Of a stretch of 64,000 nucleotides of DNA, positions 9,829 through 18,589 are shown piece by piece. Made by a program: the position numbers and the translations under genes. Each line of letters opens with the position of its first letter. Position 1 is the stretch's first letter. Below the pieces are notes generated by a model. It ran no database searches. It saw only the letters and a list, made by a program, of their open reading frames with translations, and had not been told where the DNA came from. The stretch is from a virus, in the IMG/VR virus record IMGVR_UViG_3300025289_000028, positions 5,342 to 69,341 of that record; one strand, 5' to 3'.

Positions 9829-10197
9829 ATGGAAAAAAAAGAAAAATTAATAATTGGAATTCTTACAGAAGATTTAAAAGGAATTAAAAAAACTCTTAAA
9901 AATCAAGAAGAACAGCTGAGCGACATTCGCAAAAATGGAATCAATAAAGAAATTCATAAAGCGTATCACATTGAAATTCAAACTGGACTTAGTTATACTT
10001 CTGGATATTGCACTGGTCATATAAAACTTGCTGAGTCAGTGATTGGACTCCTTGGAATGAGCAATAAAGAAATCGAAGAGCTTATTGCTGACAATAAAAG
10101 AATAAGCGCTGAAAATAAAAAATATCTCAAAGAGATGTTTGATGATATTAAAAAAGAAATAAAGTCGGATGACAAGAAGAAAAAGAGTAAAAAATAA
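9829..10197 (+). CDS. hypothetical protein (122 aa), Lys-rich C-terminus
   Basis: ORF in packed array. Confidence 0.5.
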   Translation: MEKKEKLIIGILTEDLKGIKKTLKNQEEQLSDIRKNGINKEIHKAYHIEIQTGLSYTSGYCTGHIKLAESVIGLLGMSNKEIEELIADNKRISAENKKYLKEMFDDIKKEIKSDDKKKKSKK

Positions 10198-10606
10198 ATG
10201 GCATTTCACTTTAGGAGATTTTGAATTTAAAAAAGCTACTTATCATCCTGCCGGCAAAAAATCATTTGAAGTGTGGTATAAAAACGATTTTATAGGGGAT
10301 TGTATAGTGCCATTTTATAGATCAAAAAATAACATTCAAAAGTTGGAAATTTTCTCAAAAGAAGATTCAGGAACTAAATATAGTGCATATGATTTTGCTA
10401 ATGGAGGAAAACAACCAATTGGTAATGTGTTTTGCATTGGATTAAGAAGCAATTTCCCAACCACAATAATTAAAGCAGAATTATTTGCTGATAAATCAGA
10501 CATGGTTTCAATTAGAAAAATATTATTTGAAAAATATCCAGAAAAGCTTAAATTTGTTACTCTTGATGTTATTTTGAGAGAGTTAAACCATGGCGAATTA
10601 TTTTGA
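10169..10606 (+). CDS. hypothetical protein, paralog family B; ...IRKILFEK motif
   Basis: Paralog of 10603..11022 (KW..GDF.FK.AT....G..S..V.+K++FIG). The exact start is uncertain. Confidence 0.5.
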   Translation: MTRRKRVKNKWHFTLGDFEFKKATYHPAGKKSFEVWYKNDFIGDCIVPFYRSKNNIQKLEIFSKEDSGTKYSAYDFANGGKQPIGNVFCIGLRSNFPTTIIKAELFADKSDMVSIRKILFEKYPEKLKFVTLDVILRELNHGELF

Positions 10607-11022
10607 GCAGTAAAATGAAAAGAACCAAAAATAGCAAACCAAAGAAAAAATGGTCAAAGCAATGTGGAGATTTTTCATTTAAAAATGCCACACAAAATAA
10701 AGAAGGTTCTATATCTGTTGATGTGTTTTTTAAAGATGAATTTATTGGTGTTATGTCATGCACAAATAGGAAATTTACAGATAAATACGGTTTAGGAATT
10801 TATGATTTTTCAGAACAAAGACGTTCCGGAACTGCTATTGGTTTTGTAGAATGTTCGGGAATAATACATGGACTTCCAAAATCAATATTAAAAGTAGAAT
10901 TAAAAAGGAACTCTATTTTATCTTTAGAAAGAAAAGTTTTAATAGAAAAATTTAAATTAATTGAAGAAATTGATTGGATGGAAACATTTAGCTTTAATAA
11001 TCTTAGATTATTACTTCGATGA
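10603..11022 (+). CDS. hypothetical protein, paralog family B; ...ERKVLIEK motif
   Basis: ATGA overlap with the upstream gene. Confidence 0.55.
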   Translation: MSSKMKRTKNSKPKKKWSKQCGDFSFKNATQNKEGSISVDVFFKDEFIGVMSCTNRKFTDKYGLGIYDFSEQRRSGTAIGFVECSGIIHGLPKSILKVELKRNSILSLERKVLIEKFKLIEEIDWMETFSFNNLRLLLR

Positions 11023-11094
11023 ACAACAGTAGATTATACCAATATCCAGCACTATTCAATGAACAACAGTAGATTATACCGATATCCAGCACTA
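11019..11094 (+). repeat. Tandem direct duplication: two 36-bp copies with 1 mismatch and a 4-bp spacer, covering the start codon and first 12 codons of gene 11059
   Basis: atgaacaacagtagattatacc[a/g]atatccagcacta occurs at 11019-11054 and again at 11059-11094. Copy 1 encodes MNNSRLYQYPALFNEQQ*. Confidence 0.85.
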
Positions 11095-11823
11095 AATGAA
11101 TTTAATAATACTCTTTCTATTCATCATGATGAATCCCATTCACACGCTAAATTTCATCCCGATTTTAGAAAACCAATCATTAATAAAGCTCAAGCAAGAA
11201 GCATAAGAAAAAAGACTGGCTGTAATTTCGTTATAACCGGAGATATATTTTATTATAAATTATATTGGGTAAATTTTTGTCATGAATATGGACTTGTTAA
11301 TCATGTTAATATTAAAGAACAAAACGGAATGGCAATAGTTAGAGACAACGAAGTTATATGGTATTCAATACCTGGTCAACCAGAAGGACTTGCTGAAAGA
11401 AAAGTACTTATAGAAAAAACAAGAACAAAATTTATACTTGAAGGTGTTCGGCCATATTTAAATTTCATTACAGAAAACAGAAAAATGACAAAAGAAGAAT
11501 TAAATAAGTACGCCGACCAAGAAGCATCTTGGTTACGATATTACGGCAATATTGACACAAGAACATCAGACCCATTCGATGATGCAAAGTTTTATGACCG
11601 CATAATCGGAATAGGATATGCAAAGAGAGTTTTTCCTCTTCCTTTTAGATGCGTTGCTGGATATGTTACAAGTAAAAAACCAGCATTAGAATCTTCCGTT
11701 GAGGAATTGGAATTTTCTTCCGGACCAAGGAGTGCAGAAAATAATATATATTCTGCATTAGAATATGTATTCGCAACAAATTTTGAAGGCTCTGAAAAAC
11801 TTAGAGATTTTATTCGCTCTTAA
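11059..11823 (+). CDS. hypothetical protein (254 aa); ...AERKVLIEK motif
   Basis: ORF in packed array. Confidence 0.55.
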   Translation: MNNSRLYRYPALNEFNNTLSIHHDESHSHAKFHPDFRKPIINKAQARSIRKKTGCNFVITGDIFYYKLYWVNFCHEYGLVNHVNIKEQNGMAIVRDNEVIWYSIPGQPEGLAERKVLIEKTRTKFILEGVRPYLNFITENRKMTKEELNKYADQEASWLRYYGNIDTRTSDPFDDAKFYDRIIGIGYAKRVFPLPFRCVAGYVTSKKPALESSVEELEFSSGPRSAENNIYSALEYVFATNFEGSEKLRDFIRS

Positions 11824-11850
11824 CAAAAAATTATTTATCTTTGTTTTCAC

Positions 11851-12333
11851 ATGAGCAAGCAAAAGAAATCATCCTTAAAAACAAAAAGAGTTTTATTTGA
11901 TACACAATACGATATGTGCGATATGATTTATAGAAAACTATCAGAATTGATGTTATCGGTAAATAAATTAGAAATAATAATAAAGCACGAAAAATTTGGT
12001 AATTTTAAATTACTTATAAATGAAAGTGAAAGTGAAAAAATTCAATTTTATACAATCACAGAAAAAAATATTCTCATTAAAAATATTGGTTATGTACCTT
12101 TAAATAACATATCTCTAGAACAATTAGAAGACCCATTTATATATTTTATATGCGGAGAAATTAAATTCATAAATTCAAGACCAGAAATTTACTCTGAATG
12201 GTTTGAACAAATTAAATGCACAATGCAAGAATTGTTGGATGAAGAAAAAAAATACGAAGAATTAAGAAGCAAAATAGAAGAACTTCCAATATTTTCACCA
12301 ACTCGAGAAGTATTAATAGAAAAAAATAATTAA
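11851..12333 (+). CDS. hypothetical protein (160 aa); C-terminal ...FSPTREVLIEKNN*
   Basis: ORF in packed array. Confidence 0.55.
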   Translation: MSKQKKSSLKTKRVLFDTQYDMCDMIYRKLSELMLSVNKLEIIIKHEKFGNFKLLINESESEKIQFYTITEKNILIKNIGYVPLNNISLEQLEDPFIYFICGEIKFINSRPEIYSEWFEQIKCTMQELLDEEKKYEELRSKIEELPIFSPTREVLIEKNN

Positions 12334-12334
12334 A

Positions 12335-12607
12335 ATGATATTTAAAAAAGGAAATATAATAACAACAAATGAAAGAAACGCATTTGAAATTCTTGGTGTG
12401 AATGAAAGCGAAATTTGTGTGAGAGATTTGATAACTGAGGATTTCTCAGTATTTTCAAAAACAGAACACACTTATTCATTATTTAATCCAAAGATTGTTC
12501 TTAAAAATTGCATTAAAGAAGTTGTGGATGATACTGAAATTAGTATTCATGATAAAGAATTCATAACAGATAACATTAACATATTATTAGAAAAATTCAT
12601 CATATGA
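12335..12607 (+). CDS. hypothetical protein (90 aa); degenerate motif-like C-terminus ...NILLEKFII*
   Basis: ORF in packed array. Confidence 0.5.
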   Translation: MIFKKGNIITTNERNAFEILGVNESEICVRDLITEDFSVFSKTEHTYSLFNPKIVLKNCIKEVVDDTEISIHDKEFITDNINILLEKFII

Positions 12608-13560
12608 GTAATAATACAAATAATTTCAATTTCGATGCCGTAGGAACTTGTTATTTTGTTGACCCAGAATACCACATGATGCTACAAATTAACCAATTGT
12701 GGGATTCAACCGGTGATTTAGGTAAAGGAGATTCAATAGGAAGAACATTTGAGGCATATTACACATATCGAGATAAACGTTTTGTGGATGCTATTAAAAG
12801 TTGTTGGGTTGAAATAGATCTAGAAAGTGAACATGGTTATTATTACCAAGGCTATAGATTTCCTTCACATGATGATAAAACTCTATCAAGAGACCATTAT
12901 TTGAATACAATTTTAACGCTCATTGCATCTAATCATACCGAAGGTGAAGTTAAAGAATTTGTTACTCATGTTAATTGGAAACTCAGTGAGAAGTATAATC
13001 AAACATTAGATTTATGGTTGTGGTCAAGAGCTGTTTCCGGCATATGGTGGGCGAAAATTTTGTCACCAATTGTTGAAATATCTTTAATGAGCATAAATGT
13101 ATTATGGCAAAAATTTTGTTATTTAATAGCGCCGTTTTCTCCGGAATTGAGCCAAGAAGAATTTTGTTCCACACCTAAACCAGTTAAAACTAAATGGCAA
13201 AAAATTGTTGGTAATGCATTGTTCCCATCTTATACAATGACTCAGATAGCTTGGAAAATACATTATTCAAAAAATTCAATATCAAAAACTATTTTAAAAT
13301 GGTTACTCCTAAAAATTGCTAATAAACACAACTATGTTGTAAAATTATTATTGGATGATTCCAAAGTCACTAAGGAGCAAGTTTATTCTTATAAACCAAT
13401 GCTTGGAGGTAGATGGGACGGAATTTTAAATCCTCAAATAAATGATAGAGATTTACATATAATTGATGGTGCAAGATATGGAAATCATGAACAATTGTTA
13501 AGTGCAAATGTGCTTGATGTTGATTTAGTGAGAGAAATTTATAAAAACAAAACGAATTAA
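12604..13560 (+). CDS. hypothetical protein (318 aa)
   Basis: ATGA overlap with the upstream gene; immediately precedes the radical-SAM gene. Confidence 0.6.
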   Translation: MSNNTNNFNFDAVGTCYFVDPEYHMMLQINQLWDSTGDLGKGDSIGRTFEAYYTYRDKRFVDAIKSCWVEIDLESEHGYYYQGYRFPSHDDKTLSRDHYLNTILTLIASNHTEGEVKEFVTHVNWKLSEKYNQTLDLWLWSRAVSGIWWAKILSPIVEISLMSINVLWQKFCYLIAPFSPELSQEEFCSTPKPVKTKWQKIVGNALFPSYTMTQIAWKIHYSKNSISKTILKWLLLKIANKHNYVVKLLLDDSKVTKEQVYSYKPMLGGRWDGILNPQINDRDLHIIDGARYGNHEQLLSANVLDVDLVREIYKNKTN

Positions 13561-13562
13561 AT

Positions 13563-14441
13563 ATGAAATTATTAGAAAAAGTTAAATCAACACAGGATAA
13601 AACAATTAAGTATGTTTTTAAATTAAAAGACGGTTTAATTTCAGAAGCAACTTATATCGATAATAATACCGGCAAAGATATTATTTGTATAAGTTGTCAA
13701 ACGCTTTGCGCTATGGGTTGCACTTTTTGTCACTTAACAGATTATATAGGTAAACTAAAATTGAGAAACCTTAGTAATTGGGAAATGACAGAACCGGTTG
13801 ATTATATTTATGATGATTTAAAATTAAAAGATAACAACAGAGCTCTTTTGATTTCTTATATGGGAATTGGCGAGCCTCTTCTTAATATTGATAATGTAAC
13901 CGAAAGTATGAGGTTACTTAAAGGACATTATGAAAATGTTAGATTTGGCTTAGCAACCAGTCTACCTAAAGGTCAATGGAAAAACATTTTCACCCTTGCA
14001 AGTTATGTTAATTTTCATAAAATTCCACTCAAAGTGCATCTTTCTCTTCACTATACAAAAGATGATCAAAGGAATAAATCAATGCCGAATGCTTTAAATA
14101 TTAAAGCCAGCATTGCAGCTCTTGAATTTTATAAACAAGTTACCGGCAATTCAGTAGAAATTCATTATACACTAATTAAAGATGAAAATGATACGAATAA
14201 TGATTTGAGTACTCTTCTTGTTATGTTAACAAATAGAGATATACCTGTTAAATTTCTTAGATTTAACGAGAAAGAAACAAGTGAAAGCAGAAAGGCTGAA
14301 TTATCACGAATAGGTCATTTTAGAACCCTTCTTGAAAATAATGAAATTAAAACAGAATACTACAAGCCTCCAGGAAAAGATGTTTCATCTTCATGTGGAG
14401 AATTCTTATCTGATTATTATTTAAAATACAATAAAATATGA
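13563..14441 (+). CDS. radical SAM enzyme of the RlmN/Cfr family (rRNA/tRNA adenine C-methyltransferase-like)
   Basis: 'CISCQTLCAMGCTFC' matches the RlmN/Cfr Cys cluster pattern C.S.Q..CA..C.FC including the CxxxCxxC 4Fe-4S motif. C-terminal 'GKDVSSSCGEF' matches the RlmN 'G.DIDAACGQL' methyl-carrier Cys block. Confidence 0.65.
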   Translation: MKLLEKVKSTQDKTIKYVFKLKDGLISEATYIDNNTGKDIICISCQTLCAMGCTFCHLTDYIGKLKLRNLSNWEMTEPVDYIYDDLKLKDNNRALLISYMGIGEPLLNIDNVTESMRLLKGHYENVRFGLATSLPKGQWKNIFTLASYVNFHKIPLKVHLSLHYTKDDQRNKSMPNALNIKASIAALEFYKQVTGNSVEIHYTLIKDENDTNNDLSTLLVMLTNRDIPVKFLRFNEKETSESRKAELSRIGHFRTLLENNEIKTEYYKPPGKDVSSSCGEFLSDYYLKYNKI

Positions 14442-14677
14442 TAAGCGACGACTTTGTGTTTAAAATCGGGAAATACGCAGGGATTACATATAAGATAGTA
14501 AAACAAACTAATCCTTCATATATTGAGTGGGCGAAAGAAAAAGCACCTTATCTTCTTAAGGAAAAAAAGAAAAAAGAACCACTTCCGGCTCCTAAAATGA
14601 TTATACCGCCAGAAATAAACGATAAAAAAGGTTATGTACTAACACCTAATTTGAATTTTTTAAACGAAAAAAAATGA
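14438..14677 (+). CDS. hypothetical protein (79 aa)
   Basis: ATGA overlap with the upstream gene. Confidence 0.5.
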   Translation: MISDDFVFKIGKYAGITYKIVKQTNPSYIEWAKEKAPYLLKEKKKKEPLPAPKMIIPPEINDKKGYVLTPNLNFLNEKK

Positions 14678-14874
14678 AGTACATAATTATATATATAATT
14701 TCTTTAATTTTATTAATTGTTGGATTGATTTCTTGGCAATATTTTTTAATCATAGATTTTTGCTGGTACGATATTAAGATGTTTATTTCTTACACAATAG
14801 CGTATTTTATAATAATACGCCCAGTTATCAATTATTGGTTTGTTGAAATACAAAAAATTCTACTTAAAAAATAG
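14674..14874 (+). CDS. small membrane protein with 2 predicted TM helices (holin-like topology)
   Basis: Highly hydrophobic 66-aa ORF; ATGA overlap with the upstream gene. Confidence 0.45.
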   Translation: MKYIIIYIISLILLIVGLISWQYFLIIDFCWYDIKMFISYTIAYFIIIRPVINYWFVEIQKILLKK

Positions 14875-14877
14875 CTA

Positions 14878-15189
14878 ATGCCACACAATAAAAAAATAAT
14901 AGATAAGTTTTTAAATGATTGGATTAACACTTCAACATTTGATTTATATTCAAAAAATTTACTCGATGATTTATCTAAATATGAAAAAGTAGAAGAAGAA
15001 AAACCGGAGGCGCTTACAAGAAAAGTATTAATTGAAAAAACAAGCAAACTCAATATAGGGGTGTGGCAATTTTTGAATGAACATTTAAGAAACACAATCA
15101 ACAATGATTCACTTTTTAGCTCACATTATATATTAAGAGCACTTAATATAACCCAAGAAGATGTAAATGATAACAATTTAGAACATTGA
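14878..15189 (+). CDS. hypothetical protein (103 aa); ...LTRKVLIEK motif
   Basis: ORF in packed array. Confidence 0.5.
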   Translation: MPHNKKIIDKFLNDWINTSTFDLYSKNLLDDLSKYEKVEEEKPEALTRKVLIEKTSKLNIGVWQFLNEHLRNTINNDSLFSSHYILRALNITQEDVNDNNLEH

Positions 15190-16176
15190 TTAAATCTGAA
15201 TATTTGGATATCTTCTTTTAAAATTTTCTTTTTGGTCTTCGTGCAATGGAGTAACCCTAAAATTAACCTGAGTAGCGAAATCTGGATATTTCAATAAAAC
15301 TTTATATAATTCATTTTCTGAAAAAAGGGTTGGTTTTTGGGAATATAATTGAATTATTTGATTTAAATTTAAGTCCTTAAGTTCAAAGTTAGCGTCAGGT
15401 CTATAAGTACTTGGCGAAAAAGAAATAACACCAACTTTAGGCTCGAGTAAAAAGTCCATTATCCTATCGTGATATTCTACTTTTGGTTTTGTATTTGCCC
15501 TTCCTCTTAGTTGAACTAAAACTCCATTAATTTTATTTACTTCTCCTGTTAGATATGGTTGACGATTTTTTCTAAATGAATACAATGTTCCACTTGCTCC
15601 AGCTTGTCCGCAATGTCCCATCGCATTAGCTTCAGCTCTACAATTTCCTGTTTGTAAATCAAGCCAATAAAATCCGTCTGGATATGTTTTAATTATTTTC
15701 CCACTTTCATCTGTAATTTGTTCTGCTTTTAATCTCTGTACTTTTTCGTGCCAGATATCTGCTCTTTGTACTGCCAGTTCAAATGTGAGAGTATTTAAAT
15801 TAATCTCATCAGTTTCTGGTGAAATTTCTCTTCTATTTTGAAGCCACGTAACAACTAATTGAAAAACTCCTTGAAAATATAATTTTTGTCTATTGAGTTG
15901 TATTTTTAAAGAAGATTGTGTTTTATCTCCTTTTAGCATTTTAATCATAATATTTGCAACTATTTCTTTGCCTCCAGAAATTCTTTTGACAGCCTCTTTT
16001 TTGAAGTTGTTTGCTATCCACAGCTGAAACTTCTCGTTGTAATCATTTGTGAGCCATTCAGAAATTTCAGAAGGAAGACCTATTTTATTTACTATAATAT
16101 CGGTATTTTTAGCCTCAGTTAATAAAATGCTTCTAATTTCTTTTATTAAGAGAGATATATTTTTATCTTTTTTCAT
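15190..16176 (-). CDS. hypothetical protein (328 aa); C-terminal domain shares M-x-H-C ... NG-x-L-x-QL+G blocks with the protein at 46101..48158 (possibly PcfJ-like)
   Basis: Long minus-strand ORF. The shared blocks are 'ANAMGHCGQ...NGVLVQLRGRAN' versus 'MLMNHCIYT...NGGLEFDQLKGYRN'. Confidence 0.6.
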   Translation of the reverse strand: MKKDKNISLLIKEIRSILLTEAKNTDIIVNKIGLPSEISEWLTNDYNEKFQLWIANNFKKEAVKRISGGKEIVANIMIKMLKGDKTQSSLKIQLNRQKLYFQGVFQLVVTWLQNRREISPETDEINLNTLTFELAVQRADIWHEKVQRLKAEQITDESGKIIKTYPDGFYWLDLQTGNCRAEANAMGHCGQAGASGTLYSFRKNRQPYLTGEVNKINGVLVQLRGRANTKPKVEYHDRIMDFLLEPKVGVISFSPSTYRPDANFELKDLNLNQIIQLYSQKPTLFSENELYKVLLKYPDFATQVNFRVTPLHEDQKENFKRRYPNIQI

Positions 16177-16226
16177 CTTAAATAAATAGGGTTGCTTTTT
16201 ATAAACAAATAGGTTAATTTTAAATT

Positions 16227-16379
16227 ATGAAAACAAAAAAACAAAGACGCGAAAGAGTTAATACAACAATTAAAGAAAGTACAATTGATAAATTTAATCA
16301 ATTTTGTGAGGATAATAATATTAACAAATCTAAATTAATAGAAAAACTTATTAAAGAACATATTTCTAACAATATGTGA
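16227..16379 (+). CDS. ribbon-helix-helix (CopG/Arc-like) small DNA-binding protein, 50 aa (not in ORF track)
   Basis: MKTKKQRRERVNTTIKESTIDKFNQFCEDNNINKSKLIEKLIKEHISNNM*: a basic N-terminus, a beta-strand, then two helices. Paralog of 16424..16573. Confidence 0.55.
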   Translation: MKTKKQRRERVNTTIKESTIDKFNQFCEDNNINKSKLIEKLIKEHISNNM

Positions 16380-16423
16380 GTTTTACTTTTTTAGTACCTA
16401 TTTAGTATTAAATAACAAATAAT

Positions 16424-16573
16424 ATGAAAACAGATAAAAGAGTACAATTTCCACTAACATTATCTAGTGAACTTAGAAAGGAGTTTGATAATTTTTGTGA
16501 AGAAAGAGCTATTAATAAATCACAATTAATAGAATGGTTAATATTGCAATACATTGGAAAAAATGAAAAATAA
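16424..16573 (+). CDS. ribbon-helix-helix (CopG/Arc-like) small DNA-binding protein, 49 aa (not in ORF track)
   Basis: MKTDKRVQFPLTLSSELRKEFDNFCEERAINKSQLIEWLILQYIGKNEK*: the classic RHH pattern. Overlaps the annotated start of the GIY-YIG gene. Confidence 0.55.
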   Translation: MKTDKRVQFPLTLSSELRKEFDNFCEERAINKSQLIEWLILQYIGKNEK

Positions 16574-17648
16574 AGAAAGAAAACCAATGGGTTATTGGAC
16601 AAAAGAAAATTGTGAGAAAGAAGCATTAAAATACAGCTCAAGAAGCAATTTTGAAAGAGGTTCAAATGGAGCTTATGATAAATCTTTAAAAAACAATTGG
16701 TTAAATGATATTTGTAAACATATGATTACTAAAAAGAAACCAAACGGATATTGGACAAAAGAAAAATGTTTAGAAGAGGCATTAAAATATAGAACAAAAA
16801 CAGATTTTGCGAAAAAATCCAGTGGAGCATATGATTCTGTTTATAGAAATAAATGGGTTGAAGAATGTTGTTCACATATGGAAATTCTTGGAGATTTATA
16901 TAAAAGACTTATTTATGTAGCTGTTTTTGCAGATAATCATATTTATGTTGGTTTAACTGGAAATCCAAATAAAAGATTTGATGAACATTTAACTGATAAT
17001 AGATGCATTGTTTATAAACACATTAATAGAACAGAGTTAAAACCAAAATTTATAAAATTAACAGATTATTTGGATAACGAAAATGCCTCAATACAGGAAG
17101 GTGTTTTTAAAGAAAAATATGAAAAAGAAGGATATGTTATTTTAAATATAGCAAAAACTGGTTCCCTTGGAAGTGCTCCAAGAAAATGGACAAAAGAAAA
17201 ATGTACAGAAGAAGCTAAAAAATACGAATCTCGTTCTGAATTTAAAATAAAAAATAATTCTGCATATAGTGCCGTCATAAGAAATAACTGGGGAGATGAT
17301 TGTTGTAAACACATGGTTAGACGTAAAAAACCAAATGGCTATTGGAATATTAAAGAAAATTGTATAAATGTAGCTCTTCAATGTGAAAGCAGAACAGAAT
17401 TTATTCAAAAATATCCACGAGCACATGATTATGCTTGTAAAAATAAATGGCTTGAAGAAATTTGTTCTCATATGAAATTACTGAAAGAAATTTGGACTTT
17501 TGAAAAAATTTACAATATTGCAAAAAATCATAAAACTCTTTTTGAATTCAGGACAAAGAACAAAAGAGACTATGAAATTTTACGTTCTAATTTAGAATGG
17601 AAAGAAAAAATTTATACAGAATTTGGTTGGAAATCTCGTAAAAAATAA
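16554..17648 (+). CDS. GIY-YIG homing-endonuclease-like protein with four tandem ~45-aa repeats
   Basis: Central 'LIYVAVFADNHIYVGLTGNPNKRFDEH' is a GIY-YIG catalytic motif. Flanking repeats follow (K/R)PNGYWTKE.C.EEA.KY..R.EF....SAY...RN.W.D..C.HM (x4). The true start may be the internal Met near 16584. Confidence 0.7.
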   Translation: MEKMKNKERKPMGYWTKENCEKEALKYSSRSNFERGSNGAYDKSLKNNWLNDICKHMITKKKPNGYWTKEKCLEEALKYRTKTDFAKKSSGAYDSVYRNKWVEECCSHMEILGDLYKRLIYVAVFADNHIYVGLTGNPNKRFDEHLTDNRCIVYKHINRTELKPKFIKLTDYLDNENASIQEGVFKEKYEKEGYVILNIAKTGSLGSAPRKWTKEKCTEEAKKYESRSEFKIKNNSAYSAVIRNNWGDDCCKHMVRRKKPNGYWNIKENCINVALQCESRTEFIQKYPRAHDYACKNKWLEEICSHMKLLKEIWTFEKIYNIAKNHKTLFEFRTKNKRDYEILRSNLEWKEKIYTEFGWKSRKK

Positions 17649-17691
17649 TTAATTTTAGCAACATTCAAACAATCTTATCGTTTAATATAAT

Positions 17692-18186
17692 ATGGAAGAC
17701 AAAAAATACACTTTTTTCTGGAAAACCGAATCACCGTTTTCTAACTGGCACCACGCCGAATTCACAATTGACGGAGTTAAATTTAAGAACACAGAAATGC
17801 ATATGATGTGGAAGAAAGCTATGTTATTTGGAGATGCAGACACAGCAGAAGATATTTTAAAAGCAAAACACCCAAGAGATTGCAAAGATTTTGGTAGAAA
17901 AGTAAAAGGATTTGATAAGAACATTTGGGAAGAAAATTGTAAACAATTTGTTTATGATGGGAATTACGCAAAATTCACTCAAAATCCGACTTTATTGAAA
18001 GCTTTAATGGCTACCGGCAACACAAAATTAACTGAAGCAAGTCCGTTTGATAAAATTTGGGGAATTGGGCTTTCTGAAACTGATGCAAAAAATATTCCTG
18101 AAGAAAAATGGAACGGGACAAATTGGTTAGGAGAAATTTTAACTACGCTCAGAGAAAATCTAAAAGAACAAAGTTTAAAAAAGTAA
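17692..18186 (+). CDS. NADAR-family protein (YbiA-like, DUF1768)
   Basis: 'FFWKTESPFSNWHHAEF...FKNTEMHMMWKKAMLFGD...NPTLLKALMATGNTKLTEASPFDKIWGIG' matches the YbiA/NADAR signature blocks. Confidence 0.7.
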   Translation: MEDKKYTFFWKTESPFSNWHHAEFTIDGVKFKNTEMHMMWKKAMLFGDADTAEDILKAKHPRDCKDFGRKVKGFDKNIWEENCKQFVYDGNYAKFTQNPTLLKALMATGNTKLTEASPFDKIWGIGLSETDAKNIPEEKWNGTNWLGEILTTLRENLKEQSLKK

Positions 18187-18191
18187 AACAA

Positions 18192-18572
18192 ATGGGATTG
18201 GATACATCACACAACGCATGGCACGGACCATACAGCAGCTTTAATAATTTTAGACGATGGCTCGCTGAGAAAATCGAAATAAATCTTAATGATTATATCG
18301 GATATAGAAATGAAAGTGCCACCAAAAAGCTAACTTCTATTGACCATAAACTAATGCCATTGTTTAATCACTCAGATTGTGAAGGAATTTTAACTCCGGA
18401 TGAATGTAAACAAATAGCAGAAGGCATTGAAGAAGTATTGAAAAATATGAGCAAAGAAGAAATTGAACATCCAGAAAATGAATATTCTTTTAGCAATTAC
18501 AATAAAGCAAAACAATTCAGAGAAGGATGCTTGCTCGCATATTCATTAGATGAAAATATTGAATTTAGTTAA
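18192..18572 (+). CDS. hypothetical protein (126 aa)
   Basis: Start moved to ATG 18192 (MGLDTSH), just after the NADAR stop. The ORF-track start at 18108 lies inside the NADAR gene. Confidence 0.5.
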   Translation: MGLDTSHNAWHGPYSSFNNFRRWLAEKIEINLNDYIGYRNESATKKLTSIDHKLMPLFNHSDCEGILTPDECKQIAEGIEEVLKNMSKEEIEHPENEYSFSNYNKAKQFREGCLLAYSLDENIEFS

Positions 18573-18589
18573 ACCAAAAATACATTATC

